A program made the position numbers and the translations under genes. A stretch of 64,000 nucleotides of DNA from a virus: positions 3,854-67,853 of the IMG/VR virus record IMGVR_UViG_2799113103_000001. The stretch is one strand, 5' to 3'. Positions 1 through 9,239 of this stretch are shown in pieces. The notes under the pieces are model-generated. The model ran no database searches and was not told the origin of the DNA. It saw only the letters and a program-made list of their open reading frames with translations. Every line of letters starts with the position of its first letter. Within the stretch, counting starts at the first letter, position 1.

Positions 1-23
1 ATGGGGCGTTGTTAGCTGGCGGG

Positions 24-752
24 TTACCAGGTTTCGGACGGTTGGCCGATGGCGATGTTGGGTTCGGCGTCGCCTCGGCGGATGTTGCAGTTCAGGTGGC
101 TGGGTCGGAAGTTCCTTGGGTCCAGCGCGAGTTCGGGGGCCTCGGATACGGGGACGGCGTGGTCCACGGAGAAGCTGTCCGGGTGGGGTGCTTTGAGGCT
201 GTAGTCGATGGGGCGCTGGTCCAGCCAGCACACGTCACCGCGCTCCTCGCATTCCTTACGGAACGTGGCCTTGAGTTCCTGGTAGTGGCGGCCGCGTGGG
301 CGTCCTTGTGCGTCGAGGCCGGGCACGTGCTGGGCGGGGCTGCTGCCGGTGGAGGGGTGTTCCTCGTACCAGCGTTTGATGGCGCCCTGTAGCTGCCATG
401 GGCGTTCGGCGCGTGCGCGTTCCATGACGGTGTCTTGGCCGGGGTCGATGGTGATGACCTCGGCGCCGTACGAGCGGTACTTCGTGAGGAGCGCGGGGCT
501 CGGGGTGGAGTGGATCAGGAACACGTCGTGCTCGCCGACGAGGGTGAGGGCGGTATCGATGGCTGCCTGGCGGGCTGCCTTGGTGACTGCCTTCACGTGG
601 TCGGGGTGGTCGTGGCGGTGGGGGCCGTCGTCTTGTGGGGTGAGGGTGCAGGCGATGGCGTCGTAGTCGATGGTGATGTCACCGGGACGCGAGTTGTCCC
701 GCACCCATGTGGACTTGCCCGCTGCCGGCGGACCCACCACCACGAACAGCAC
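24..752 (-). CDS. P-loop NTPase (Walker A GPPAAGKST) with C-terminal HNH-like His/Cys/Asn motif; GTG start overlapping the upstream stop
   Basis: ORF track; Walker A motif; C-terminal HAVPV...HLNCN..R motif; overlap with the next gene. Confidence 0.45.
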   Translation of the reverse strand: MLFVVVGPPAAGKSTWVRDNSRPGDITIDYDAIACTLTPQDDGPHRHDHPDHVKAVTKAARQAAIDTALTLVGEHDVFLIHSTPSPALLTKYRSYGAEVITIDPGQDTVMERARAERPWQLQGAIKRWYEEHPSTGSSPAQHVPGLDAQGRPRGRHYQELKATFRKECEERGDVCWLDQRPIDYSLKAPHPDSFSVDHAVPVSEAPELALDPRNFRPSHLNCNIRRGDAEPNIAIGQPSETW

Positions 753-976
753 TAGACCGCCACCAGGTGGCCGCACTCCAGGCAACGGGGCGTACCGCAG
801 TAACCGGTGATGCGCATCCGGTCGTCGGCGGCCAGCACCACGGCGCCATGGGCGGGTGCGCCCGGTCCGGCCAGGGTGCCGTCCAGGCGGAACCACTCGC
901 TACCGCATTTGACGCACTGGTGGTTGGTGGTCGGTGGGGTGCGGTGCTCGCCGAGTTGGATGACGTTGTCTGCCAT
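752..976 (-). CDS. small zinc-ribbon protein (CxxC...CxxC), about 74 aa from MADNVIQLG
   Basis: Cys pairs CVKCG / CLECG; ATGA-type overlap with the upstream gene. Confidence 0.4.
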   Translation of the reverse strand: MADNVIQLGEHRTPPTTNHQCVKCGSEWFRLDGTLAGPGAPAHGAVVLAADDRMRITGYCGTPRCLECGHLVAV

Positions 977-1218
977 CAGCGCAACCACCGGAGCAGGCGC
1001 AGGAACGGTCGCTTCCACCGTGGCGCGGTGAGGTACCGCACCGTTCGGTGGGTATTGGTGATCAGTGCGTGGGCACGGGCGACAGGGTCCGGGCGGTCGA
1101 GTGGTTGTAAGTCAGGTGTAAGTCCGCCGAACCCGTGGACCCCTGAATGTTTCTCCACGTGGACGACGCCGCCGATGACGACTCCGACGAGGCCCGGGTG
1201 GGGCGTCGGGTAGGTCAT
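976..1218 (-). CDS. hypothetical protein (about 80 aa, start MTYPTPHPG)
   Basis: internal ATG whose start overlaps the upstream stop by 1 nt (TGATG). Confidence 0.3.
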   Translation of the reverse strand: MTYPTPHPGLVGVVIGGVVHVEKHSGVHGFGGLTPDLQPLDRPDPVARAHALITNTHRTVRYLTAPRWKRPFLRLLRWLR

Positions 1219-1550
1219 CAGCTTCCCCAGCCGCGCGGAGCGCGAGGAAGATTCGGCTGGACGTGCTCCTGGTAGTACTCCATCTGCGCTTGCCACTTCT
1301 TGAAGGCGGCGAGGTAGGTCCGGCGGAGCTCGTTGTTCCGTTCCCCCGCCGCGACCCGGCGGCAATCCAGCGGATCGTCGTCGGGGCAGTGCGCGCAGCG
1401 GACATCGCCACACGCCCGGCACTTGTAGCCGCCGTGGACGCTGCCGATGTCCACGTAGACGCTGGTGTCCCAGTCGTGAGCCTGGTCGGGGAGGTGTTCC
1501 GGCTCGTAATCCGGTGTGGTGGGGCGTACCGGTGCCGGGATCGTGGTCAT
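1218..1550 (-). CDS. Cys-rich hypothetical protein (CRACGDVRCAHCP)
   Basis: start MTTIPAPV at 1550 overlaps the 1547 stop (ATGA). Confidence 0.4.
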   Translation of the reverse strand: MTTIPAPVRPTTPDYEPEHLPDQAHDWDTSVYVDIGSVHGGYKCRACGDVRCAHCPDDDPLDCRRVAAGERNNELRRTYLAAFKKWQAQMEYYQEHVQPNLPRAPRGWGS

Positions 1551-1987
1551 GCGTTCACCGTTGGCTGCTCGGTGGGTGTCGGGTCGCTGTCCACAGCGCA
1601 CGGGCACGGCGGGGCCGGTTCCCCATCCACCGGTGCCGCCAGCCACGGTGTGGCGGACTCGGTGCAGCCGTTCGCCTTGTGCGGCGGGTGGGGGCAGTAT
1701 CCGCACACTGGATCCGGGTCCGCGGCTTCGGGGCGTTCCGCGTACGCGACGAACTCATGCCACGTGTATGCCTCGATCGGCAGGTCCAAATTGTTCTGCG
1801 CTGCCCGGGGAATGGCCTCCGGCGGAACGGTGCTCGCCCGGTACTCGAATATGTGGAGGCCTTCGGCGGCGGCGTACAGCTCGAACGATTCCCGTGCCAG
1901 CCACCGCAACACATCCACGTCGGTATCAGGTGGCTGTGGGAACAAGGTCCGCAGGAACAAGGTCCGGAGCTGTCGTACGGCGCTCAC
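1547..1987 (-). CDS. hypothetical protein 146 aa
   Basis: ORF track; translationally coupled chain. Confidence 0.4.
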   Translation of the reverse strand: MSAVRQLRTLFLRTLFPQPPDTDVDVLRWLARESFELYAAAEGLHIFEYRASTVPPEAIPRAAQNNLDLPIEAYTWHEFVAYAERPEAADPDPVCGYCPHPPHKANGCTESATPWLAAPVDGEPAPPCPCAVDSDPTPTEQPTVNA

Positions 1988-2391
1988 GCTGACGCCGCCA
2001 CGTACACGCGCCCTATGACGCGCGGCAGCACCTCGACGGGGATGTCCTCACTGCCGGCCACCACGAACGCGTCCGCTTTGCCCCGGTAGTAGCCGCCGGT
2101 ACGCGCCGACATGAAGTGGGCGGTGCCGCCCCACACGTGGTGCACGCGCATATCGCCGAAGCTGGTACGAGTGGACTCGATTTCAGGCTGGGCGAGGTGT
2201 CCGTCCTCGATGAGGGACCGCATCGCCGATCGCGCTTCCGTGTGGTGCTGGGCAAGGTAGATCACCCGCCGCTGGTGGCGGAGCTCAGCAGCGACCAACT
2301 CGAGTACGGCGTATCGCGCGGCCTCGGGGTCGCGTGCGTCGATGGTTATGACGCCGGTCGGGGCGCAGGTCGGGGCAGTGCTTTGGGGCAT
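1984..2391 (-). CDS. hypothetical protein 135 aa
   Basis: ORF track; ATGA overlap with the next gene. Confidence 0.4.
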   Translation of the reverse strand: MPQSTAPTCAPTGVITIDARDPEAARYAVLELVAAELRHQRRVIYLAQHHTEARSAMRSLIEDGHLAQPEIESTRTSFGDMRVHHVWGGTAHFMSARTGGYYRGKADAFVVAGSEDIPVEVLPRVIGRVYVAASA

Positions 2392-2463
2392 GTCGGGTTC
2401 TCCTGTGCTGCTGGGTGTGGGCTGGTTTTCGTCGCTGGGGGAGCCAGAGGCGGTGAGCGAGGG

Positions 2464-2964
2464 TCAGGCCGGATTCGGCGCAGGGTTGTTCTGGAACCAC
2501 TGCTCGTACTGGGTCTGGGTGAGGAACGGGTAGCGCTGCACCGTGGTCAGATTCACCTCAGTACCGGCGGTCACGGGCGCGATGATCGCGAAGTTCCGCC
2601 AAGTGCGGTCGCCCCGGTTGAACACCACGTTCGAGAAGCTGATGTCGATGAAGAGGTCTGCCGGCCACGCGAGGAGTGCGGTGTTGGCGAACAGCTTCAT
2701 GCCGAGGGTGCCGTTGGGGTGGCGGAGGCGGCCTTCATCGAGGCGCCCCTCGAACGTGTCGAGCGCGAAGTCCGTTGGGCGGGGGTCGTAGTTCGCGGCT
2801 CGGAACGCCCAGCCCTGCGGCAGCCGGTACCGGAACAGGACCGTGGCCGTGATGGGCCGGATGTCAGGCTCGTTGTCCGGGTCGGTGTTGCGGTCTGCGA
2901 CGCCCGCCCACGTGTCGTACATGACCGTGAACGACTGCGGGACAGCGAGACCCGGCCCGGTCAC
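2464..2964 (-). CDS. hypothetical protein 166 aa
   Basis: ORF track; overlap with the next gene. Confidence 0.4.
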   Translation of the reverse strand: MTGPGLAVPQSFTVMYDTWAGVADRNTDPDNEPDIRPITATVLFRYRLPQGWAFRAANYDPRPTDFALDTFEGRLDEGRLRHPNGTLGMKLFANTALLAWPADLFIDISFSNVVFNRGDRTWRNFAIIAPVTAGTEVNLTTVQRYPFLTQTQYEQWFQNNPAPNPA

Positions 2965-3356
2965 TTGGCCTTGTTGCCCTTGCCGTTGTCGGCGGTCTCG
3001 TAGGCGGAGCCGTCGTGGACGGTCTCCAGCACCTCAGGACCTCCGTTGTCCTCGGGCTCATCGCCTTCGGCGTCGGTCACGCCGTCAACCGGAGTGCCGG
3101 TGAGCAGCGGGTTCGTTTCGGTGGTGAGGACGGTCAGCTCTCCGCTGGCGTTCGCGCGGGTAGCCGCGATCGACAGAGCACCGTCCGGCCCCTCCACGAG
3201 GGAGAAGTTCTCCACGTCCTGCGCGTACTCGATCCGGTCGTTGAATCGGATCTCCAAACGTCCTGGCATGGTGTGCTCCTTCGGTATCCAGGTGTGGTGC
3301 TCGGCTGGTAGCTCGACCACGCCGCGCAGCCACGGCGGGCTGTCCGGGTTGGGCAT
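2961..3356 (-). CDS. hypothetical protein about 131 aa with acidic C-terminus (start MPNPDSPPW)
   Basis: internal ATG preceded by AAAAGGA; AT-rich upstream region. Confidence 0.4.
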   Translation of the reverse strand: MPNPDSPPWLRGVVELPAEHHTWIPKEHTMPGRLEIRFNDRIEYAQDVENFSLVEGPDGALSIAATRANASGELTVLTTETNPLLTGTPVDGVTDAEGDEPEDNGGPEVLETVHDGSAYETADNGKGNKAK

Positions 3357-3689
3357 TTTATGAATCCTTTTGGTACACAACAGTTTTAAGGTGCGCCGAA
3401 CGGTAGTTGTCGCCCGTCGTCGTGACGCGTAGCTGCCATGACGTGTTCCACGCGAGGGCGGATACCCCGGCCCGGCGCACCAGCTCAATGACTTCCCGCC
3501 CCGCGCGGCGCGCAGCGCGCCCTCCACCCCTACGAGGCTTCCTGGGTGTCCGGCCAATCCCCCGCCCCAGCAAGACGGCAATGACGGATAGGCCTGCTAT
3601 GGCCCGGCGCAACAGCCGTCGCGGCAACGGGCCGCACGCTTACCGGGCAAGCACGAACCGGCTCAACGAGGCGCGCGGGGCGGAAAGGG
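3357..3689 (-). promoter_or_regulatory. about 330-bp non-coding region with an AT-rich patch (3357-3420); probable promoter for the leftward gene set
   Basis: no credible ORF; local AT-richness in a GC-rich genome; lies between a terminator and a gene start. Confidence 0.3.
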
Positions 3690-3732
3690 TCAGAAACGAG
3701 AAAAGGCCCCCGGAAGACTCACGGAGGCCTGA
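3690..3732 (-). terminator. rho-independent terminator after the 3812-4402 gene
   Basis: minus strand reads GGCCUCCG-loop-CGGGGGCC followed by UUUUCUCGUUUC. Confidence 0.5.
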
Positions 3733-3811
3733 ACTCTGGGCATAGCTCTGCCCACCACACCTGTATAACACGTTACGTCCGACAACCCCGAGAAGCCTCG
3801 CGGGCAGATTG

Positions 3812-4402
3812 CTAGGCGCGTCCTTGCGGAGGTTCGGTCTCCGCCTCCGCGTCCGGCTCATCCAGCGGGATTGCGTCCGGCAACTCAGTGGACGCCGCGT
3901 GGAGGCGTTTCAGTTGGCCGCGCAGTCCCAGTACCGCTTCCGTATTGCCCTGCAGGAAGAAATCGGACAACCCAGGTACTCGAAACGCCTTCCTGAATGA
4001 CCAGTACGCGAGGTACGCCCCGCTGGCCACATTGATTGTCACCATGGCCAGCCCGATAACGACTCCGACCGTGTCGCGTTGGTGGGCCATCATACCGACA
4101 AACCGGACGGCGCCTACGCCAGCGGCAATGAGGATGCAGCCGATGAACCCGGTAAGCAGGTCAGAACGCGGGCGGCTATCGGCCATCGCCCGCCCTTTGA
4201 GCCGAACCGCCACCGACTGCCTGAGCCACAGGGCGTGCGCGGCGAGCCCGACAGCGGACAACTTGTCAGCCAGCTCAAGGTCTTTGGATAGAGCCTCCCA
4301 GGTGCGATGCCGCGCACCCCTCCAGGCCGCCAATGCCCATCCAGACAGCAGGGTCACGACCGGTAGCACGACCGCCGTCACGACGGTTGCCTTGTCATCC
4401 AT
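3812..4402 (-). CDS. integral membrane protein (about 4 TM segments)
   Basis: hydrophobic segments VVTAVVLPVVTLLSGWALAAW, FIGCILIAAGVGAV, VGVVIGLAMVTINVASGAYLAYW. Confidence 0.5.
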   Translation of the reverse strand: MDDKATVVTAVVLPVVTLLSGWALAAWRGARHRTWEALSKDLELADKLSAVGLAAHALWLRQSVAVRLKGRAMADSRPRSDLLTGFIGCILIAAGVGAVRFVGMMAHQRDTVGVVIGLAMVTINVASGAYLAYWSFRKAFRVPGLSDFFLQGNTEAVLGLRGQLKRLHAASTELPDAIPLDEPDAEAETEPPQGRA

Positions 4403-4408
4403 AAGCCC

Positions 4409-4597
4409 CTACTTCGGTTCGACGGGTGCGCCCTGCACGTTGAACGCGCACCCGGCGTATCGATCCAAGGCCGCTAGGTCACGGCATCGCTGCTTGGCGT
4501 CGTCCTCGTCCAGCCAGATCGACTCCACCTCGTAATGGTGGATTGCGTCCGAGTCCTCCTCCCAGAACACGGCGATTGCGGCGTACATGGTCGTCAC
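4409..4597 (-). CDS. hypothetical acidic protein 62 aa
   Basis: ORF track; ATGA overlap with 4594-5052. Confidence 0.35.
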   Translation of the reverse strand: MTTMYAAIAVFWEEDSDAIHHYEVESIWLDEDDAKQRCRDLAALDRYAGCAFNVQGAPVEPK

Positions 4598-5052
4598 GCG
4601 GTCTCCCCTCGGTCCTTCGGTGTGATGACCTTAGCCCGGCAGGCGGCGTGCATCGCCAACAACGCCGCCGCGACCAAGGGGCCGTCCGCTACCGGGATTG
4701 GTCGCGGGATGCCGGCCAACGCGAGGCGCCCTGTCTTGTCGAGGCAGACTTCGCCATCTGCCCAGGGCTGCTCGCTCAATGGGACCCTGACCGCCCAGCC
4801 GCCGTAGCCGTCCGGGGCGACGGCGGGCAGCTCCACCAGCACGATTCCCTCGGCCGCGAGGAGCGCCGGGAGCACGGACGCTATCCGCCCGGCCACCTCC
4901 TCCGGCGTGCGTACCTCAACGAAGGCGTCTGGGTCCCGGATGAAGCTCGGGTCGTGGGTGCGGCTCAACAAGTTCGGGATACCCGCGATCACCCGCGCCA
5001 ACACTGTGCCGACTGCCATAGACCACGTTCTACCCGCCGCCACCGACAGCAC
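4594..5052 (-). CDS. hypothetical protein 152 aa
   Basis: ORF track. Confidence 0.4.
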   Translation of the reverse strand: MLSVAAGRTWSMAVGTVLARVIAGIPNLLSRTHDPSFIRDPDAFVEVRTPEEVAGRIASVLPALLAAEGIVLVELPAVAPDGYGGWAVRVPLSEQPWADGEVCLDKTGRLALAGIPRPIPVADGPLVAAALLAMHAACRAKVITPKDRGETA

Positions 5053-5065
5053 CCGACCAGCGCAA

Positions 5066-5482
5066 CTAGTCCCACGGGTTGTCGTACCGCCAGTTGCTCA
5101 TGATGTCGCCGGGGTGCTCCCGGAACCCGCGCCGGGTGATCTGCTGCCACTCCATCGGGATAGGCATGAGCGGGGGCCGGTCGATCAGCAGGTCCAGGTA
5201 ACGCGGCACCTGCTCGAATACCGGTTCCGTCTCGGTGCCCGACCGGTGCTCATCCCAGCCCAGCATGTACTCCGAGGGCCACACGTCCACACGGGAGGAT
5301 GCGAGCACCACCGTCAGGTAGGTGTCGTGCTCATCGACGGACAGCACCCCGCGCGCCCGCGCCGAACGCTGGTCGCGGATGTTCGGGCCCAGCCGCCACC
5401 AGCAGTCCAACGGGCCGGGCACGCGCCGAGCCGATGCCCCACGCGGGGCTGCCTCAATCCTCGCCGGCAGGCGGTCAGGCAT
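5066..5482 (-). CDS. hypothetical protein 138 aa
   Basis: ORF track. Confidence 0.4.
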   Translation of the reverse strand: MPDRLPARIEAAPRGASARRVPGPLDCWWRLGPNIRDQRSARARGVLSVDEHDTYLTVVLASSRVDVWPSEYMLGWDEHRSGTETEPVFEQVPRYLDLLIDRPPLMPIPMEWQQITRRGFREHPGDIMSNWRYDNPWD

Positions 5483-5529
5483 CGCGAACCACCGCTGGAC
5501 ACAGACCCGTGACGGTAAGGTACGGCTCC

Positions 5530-5694
5530 ATGGCGCTCACCATGCACCAACTTCGCGAGATAGCGGCCCGGATAGCGGCGGGAGAATCCCGAGCGAAACT
5601 GGCCGAGGAGTTCGGGGTGGCTCAGGCGTCAATGGACGACTCGCTGGCGTCTATTTCGGCTAGCGTCCGCGCCGTAACGGCGGACGAAGCGTAG
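5530..5694 (+). CDS. small HTH DNA-binding protein (about 54 aa, MALTMHQLREIAARIAAGESRAKLAEEFGV)
   Basis: only credible plus-strand ORF in a 235-bp gap of the minus-strand block; HTH-like sequence; AAGG upstream. Confidence 0.35.
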   Translation: MALTMHQLREIAARIAAGESRAKLAEEFGVAQASMDDSLASISASVRAVTADEA

Positions 5695-5717
5695 ACACGG
5701 GGGCGGGGGTTCGGCTC

Positions 5718-6023
5718 TCACCTGCGCTGCCCTTCCCACTCGCGCAGGCGGTTCCACGCCGTCATCACGAGGTGGTTATCCGCGTCGGTAGGTGTCCCGT
5801 CGAAGATGTGCAGCGCGGTGTAGCCGGGTGTGAAATAGGTGAGGCCGTGCTGGCTGGAGACCCCACCGCCGTAGGCGTCGCCCTCGATCTCCCATTCGAT
5901 GACCGGGCCGCCGTCCGGCGCCACGATAACGATGCGCTCGGTGACTGTCGTGTCCGCGATGCGGTGGGCCAGCTGCACCAGACGCCAAGCAAACCAGCGG
6001 CGGATACCCAACTCCCGGATCAT
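5718..6023 (-). CDS. hypothetical protein about 101 aa (start MIRELG)
   Basis: ATGA overlap with 6020-6349. Confidence 0.35.
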   Translation of the reverse strand: MIRELGIRRWFAWRLVQLAHRIADTTVTERIVIVAPDGGPVIEWEIEGDAYGGGVSSQHGLTYFTPGYTALHIFDGTPTDADNHLVMTAWNRLREWEGQRR

Positions 6024-6349
6024 TCGCCCGGCACCTCTGTCCAGCCAGACGCCCAATGCGACATGACCTTCCACGACGTAGGGTGTTGTCGCGCGCAGTA
6101 TCGGGCAGTTCCCTCACTGCCGATGGTCACCTCGTCATCGCCGATCATCTGCGCACCCCATACACGCGTGATTCCCCCAAGGGCTTTGTCTATCTCAGCG
6201 GACTGGTGTGCGGTCGCTTCCCCTACGTTCCCGAATGACTCTTTGCATCCTGTGCAGATGAATTGATCGAGATACGCAATCCGGTGCTCGCTCAGGACTT
6301 CCGACATGAGCTGCTGTGCTTCGCTTTTCGCAGGACGGCGGTCAGACAC
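6020..6349 (-). CDS. hypothetical protein 109 aa (CTGC motif)
   Basis: ORF track. Confidence 0.4.
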   Translation of the reverse strand: MSDRRPAKSEAQQLMSEVLSEHRIAYLDQFICTGCKESFGNVGEATAHQSAEIDKALGGITRVWGAQMIGDDEVTIGSEGTARYCARQHPTSWKVMSHWASGWTEVPGE

Positions 6350-6773
6350 CTTGGACCTTCACCCCGATATAGATGGCGCCTGGAGTGAGATCGTCATCCA
6401 CCAGGGCCATCTCACCAAACAGGGTTGCCTTGTCCCCCGACTTGGGGTTGTAGGGCGGGACGGACTCACCGTTGAAGAGGGCGTGAAGTGTTTTCGCGTC
6501 CTCTGGGCACACGTAGATGAAGCCGTGGACCGGCTGGTTCGTTGCAACCCGTATGTCCCTCAACGTGTCGATGATGCGTGTGACCATGCGTCTCAGCGGG
6601 TCGTGGCGAGGAATATCAACTACCTCGCTCTTTGTAGCGGCGACAGCCGTAGACATCGACTTCATCGCCGTGATGATTTGTGCCAGAGCGAGTTTCAGGT
6701 TTCCGGCATGCAGGGCATCCTCAGCGCCATTGACCCAAGAGTCGAAATATTCCAGGGGCTCTGCGTCACTCAT
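6342..6773 (-). CDS. hypothetical protein 143 aa
   Basis: ORF track. Confidence 0.4.
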   Translation of the reverse strand: MSDAEPLEYFDSWVNGAEDALHAGNLKLALAQIITAMKSMSTAVAATKSEVVDIPRHDPLRRMVTRIIDTLRDIRVATNQPVHGFIYVCPEDAKTLHALFNGESVPPYNPKSGDKATLFGEMALVDDDLTPGAIYIGVKVQGV

Positions 6774-7159
6774 GATTCGACCACAACGACTATCGGCTTG
6801 CCGGGCATCATGTCGGCCAGCTCGGCTAACGGGTCGATGTGGGTGTGGGCGTCACCGGGCAGAGGCGTCACGGCCAGCTCCACACCATAGGTGTCCTCCA
6901 GACCGGCGAGGTACGCCATGTATGCGTCGGCGTCTGCCAGATCGGGTACAGCGATATCGGCGAGCTGCGGATGCTGTTCCAGCAGTGCTGGTTTGCATTC
7001 GCCTGCGGCACGAGGCAACTGGTGGGTGAACAGGTTGTCGCCGGTCATGAAGTTGAGGAGTTCGTAAATGTCGCCGATATCGCGCGCGAGCATCCGGTCG
7101 GTGGTGACGGTCAAGATGGCGCCGAGGCCGAACATGCGTGAGGTGGGTGTGGTCATCAT
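6770..7159 (-). CDS. hypothetical protein 129 aa
   Basis: ORF track; ATGA overlap. Confidence 0.4.
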   Translation of the reverse strand: MMTTPTSRMFGLGAILTVTTDRMLARDIGDIYELLNFMTGDNLFTHQLPRAAGECKPALLEQHPQLADIAVPDLADADAYMAYLAGLEDTYGVELAVTPLPGDAHTHIDPLAELADMMPGKPIVVVVES

Positions 7160-7534
7160 TTACTCCAATGCCAACTGGGCAACTAGTGATTTCGCGTGCG
7201 CGGCGGCATCTTCGCGGGTGCCGAACACCCGTCCGCCCTGACTGGAAGTGTTGCCGAAACATCCGGGGCGAGTTTCATACTCGTAGTCGCACTCGACGTA
7301 CGTATCGTAGAGATCATCACGCCCGGCGTGATAGCGGTACAGCCCGGATACGACACCAAGTTTCTGGCCGGTTTGGACATCGTAGATGTCATCTCCGACT
7401 TGAAGTTTCGACGTTTCATGCATTTTCGCGTCCAGCCATTCGCGGCGCGCGTCTATCGCCGCCTGCACTGCCGCGTTCAAGGCTTCCAGTTCCGAATGCT
7501 CGTCGGCATTCAACGGTCTCTGGGTTCTGATCAC
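7160..7534 (-). CDS. hypothetical protein about 124 aa (GTG start, GTGA overlap with the upstream stop)
   Basis: ORF track; overlap geometry. Confidence 0.4.
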   Translation of the reverse strand: MIRTQRPLNADEHSELEALNAAVQAAIDARREWLDAKMHETSKLQVGDDIYDVQTGQKLGVVSGLYRYHAGRDDLYDTYVECDYEYETRPGCFGNTSSQGGRVFGTREDAAAHAKSLVAQLALE

Positions 7535-7758
7535 GCCATCTCCTCGCTTGTGAAGATCAGGGGCGCGAGCTCGCTCCACGCCTGACCAAGGTCACGACGC
7601 AAGAGCTCGATAGACCAGCTGGCCGACCAGTCCCGTATAGGTTTCAAAGCCTCACGGGCAGCGGCTTCGGCTAGATACCGCTCGGCCCCTTCCGGCTCTC
7701 CGTCTTCGGACCATGCGGCCAGAACCTTTTGTGCGGCAGAGATTGCAGGGTCAGTCAT
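7531..7758 (-). CDS. hypothetical protein 75 aa
   Basis: ORF track. Confidence 0.35.
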   Translation of the reverse strand: MTDPAISAAQKVLAAWSEDGEPEGAERYLAEAAAREALKPIRDWSASWSIELLRRDLGQAWSELAPLIFTSEEMA

Positions 7759-7969
7759 GAGGTTCCCCAGCGTTCCATTCCTTGAGGTCCACGGACCCTA
7801 GGTACTCGAATCTGTATCCGCCGTAGTGATAAACCCCGTGCTGCTCAACGAGTTCCGCCAGCTGGCCTACGGTATGGATGCCCTCTGGTCCTGCAGAAGC
7901 CGTGTCACCCACGGGTACGTCAGCATCGCCGGACGGCTGCACGCCCATGGAATGCAGATCAGCGCCCAC
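7751..7969 (-). CDS. hypothetical protein 72 aa
   Basis: ORF track. Confidence 0.35.
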   Translation of the reverse strand: MGADLHSMGVQPSGDADVPVGDTASAGPEGIHTVGQLAELVEQHGVYHYGGYRFEYLGSVDLKEWNAGEPHD

Positions 7970-7996
7970 GGTGCGCCTCCAGTGCGGTCGATACCG

Positions 7997-8854
7997 TCAT
8001 CGCCATCTACTTCGACTGACAGCGATGTTGTGTGCGTTTCGGATCGCGCCGGAGAGCCGGGCTTCGGGCGGGGTATCGCGCGTACGCCAGTGCCTTTGGT
8101 ACATATCGACCAACCACGTGTTGATCCGGACCCAGTCCGGCCCATCCGGCAGAGACGCTGTCGAGATGGAGTGCTCCAGACTCCAGGTCAGATACGCCAA
8201 CCAGCCCTTCACATCAGGGAGCGAGGTCTCACCGCGCCGAACGCGGAGCAGCGCATCACGATGGGCCTTGACCATCGGCAGGTGCAGCTTCCCCTCAACA
8301 AGGAGCTGGATACCCTGCATGCCCAGTCGCAGGGCGTGATACGCGTACTTGGTGTCGAAGCCGTACTGTTCGATGAGTTCGGGCCGGTTGGTGTGCCGGT
8401 GGTGAGTGCCCTCCAGCCCTTCACGCTGGGAGTTCAGGTAGCCGAGGAACTTCCGTCCGGCCTGCTTGGTCACGAACAGCTCTGAGGCGGCCTGGAGCTC
8501 GACGCCTAGTTGGGTCTTCACTGTCAGCTCATCGTCGGGTATCCAAAGCATCAGCAGCACTGAGGGATTGCCTTCGGCGGCGAGCCGCGTCCACTTCCGA
8601 AGGCTGTAGACGCACAGATCGAGGTCGCCGGGGCCGGAGCGGGCGCCGTCCGGTTGGGTGCGGTATATGTACTGTTCGAACTTCTCCAAACCGATTACGG
8701 CTTCGGGCGGTTCGATGCATATGCCCATTTCGTCGCGGTCGTCGGCGCCGGTCGTGACACCGTGCAGGCCGGAGCCGACCTGGCCGCGCAGGATCGTGTT
8801 CTCGTCCGCGATAGCGCAGTGCCGCTCCGTGCCGTGGCGCGCTTCGGTACTCAC
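7997..8854 (-). CDS. putative Pol-beta-superfamily nucleotidyltransferase (GSGLHGVTTGADDRDE motif), 285 aa
   Basis: GS-x9-DDRDE signature near the N-terminus; GTG start with GTGA overlap to the upstream small gene. Confidence 0.4.
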   Translation of the reverse strand: MSTEARHGTERHCAIADENTILRGQVGSGLHGVTTGADDRDEMGICIEPPEAVIGLEKFEQYIYRTQPDGARSGPGDLDLCVYSLRKWTRLAAEGNPSVLLMLWIPDDELTVKTQLGVELQAASELFVTKQAGRKFLGYLNSQREGLEGTHHRHTNRPELIEQYGFDTKYAYHALRLGMQGIQLLVEGKLHLPMVKAHRDALLRVRRGETSLPDVKGWLAYLTWSLEHSISTASLPDGPDWVRINTWLVDMYQRHWRTRDTPPEARLSGAIRNAHNIAVSRSRWR

Positions 8855-9021
8855 AGTCCACGCTCCAGGTGCTTCTTGAATTGCTTCTTGTCCATGACGA
8901 TTCCCGTGGTCCAGTCCGGTGTGGCAATGGTTTTCGCTAGCGCGCAGTCCGTTTCAGTCGTGAACGGGCCAACGTGCTTCCCGTTGAGCCGGTTCACGAT
9001 ATGGAAAGGGCCGCTACTCAT
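8851..9021 (-). CDS. small protein 56 aa (MSSGPFHIVNRLNG...)
   Basis: own translation; ATGA overlap with the 9018 stop and GTGA overlap with the nucleotidyltransferase start. Confidence 0.4.
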   Translation of the reverse strand: MSSGPFHIVNRLNGKHVGPFTTETDCALAKTIATPDWTTGIVMDKKQFKKHLERGL

Positions 9022-9239
9022 TGGGAGGTGGCCGTTCTACCGTCGATGATTTTCTGGATGAGTTGGGGGCTGCACTTCACGGCGGTGGCGAGGGTGGCGT
9101 GGGTCCACTTCTCGCGCTCGTTCGTCCAGAGTTCCCGTACCAGCCGGTCGCGCTGGCTTCGGTGCTGGCTGGCGGAGTCACGGTCTTCCCCGGCCAGCCG
9201 GTGGTGCTCACGGGCTTGCTGTGCCCTCGGGTCCATCAA
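9018..9239 (-). CDS. small HTH protein 73 aa
   Basis: ORF track; HTH-like THATLATAVKCSPQLIQKI. Confidence 0.4.
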   Translation of the reverse strand: MMDPRAQQAREHHRLAGEDRDSASQHRSQRDRLVRELWTNEREKWTHATLATAVKCSPQLIQKIIDGRTATSQ

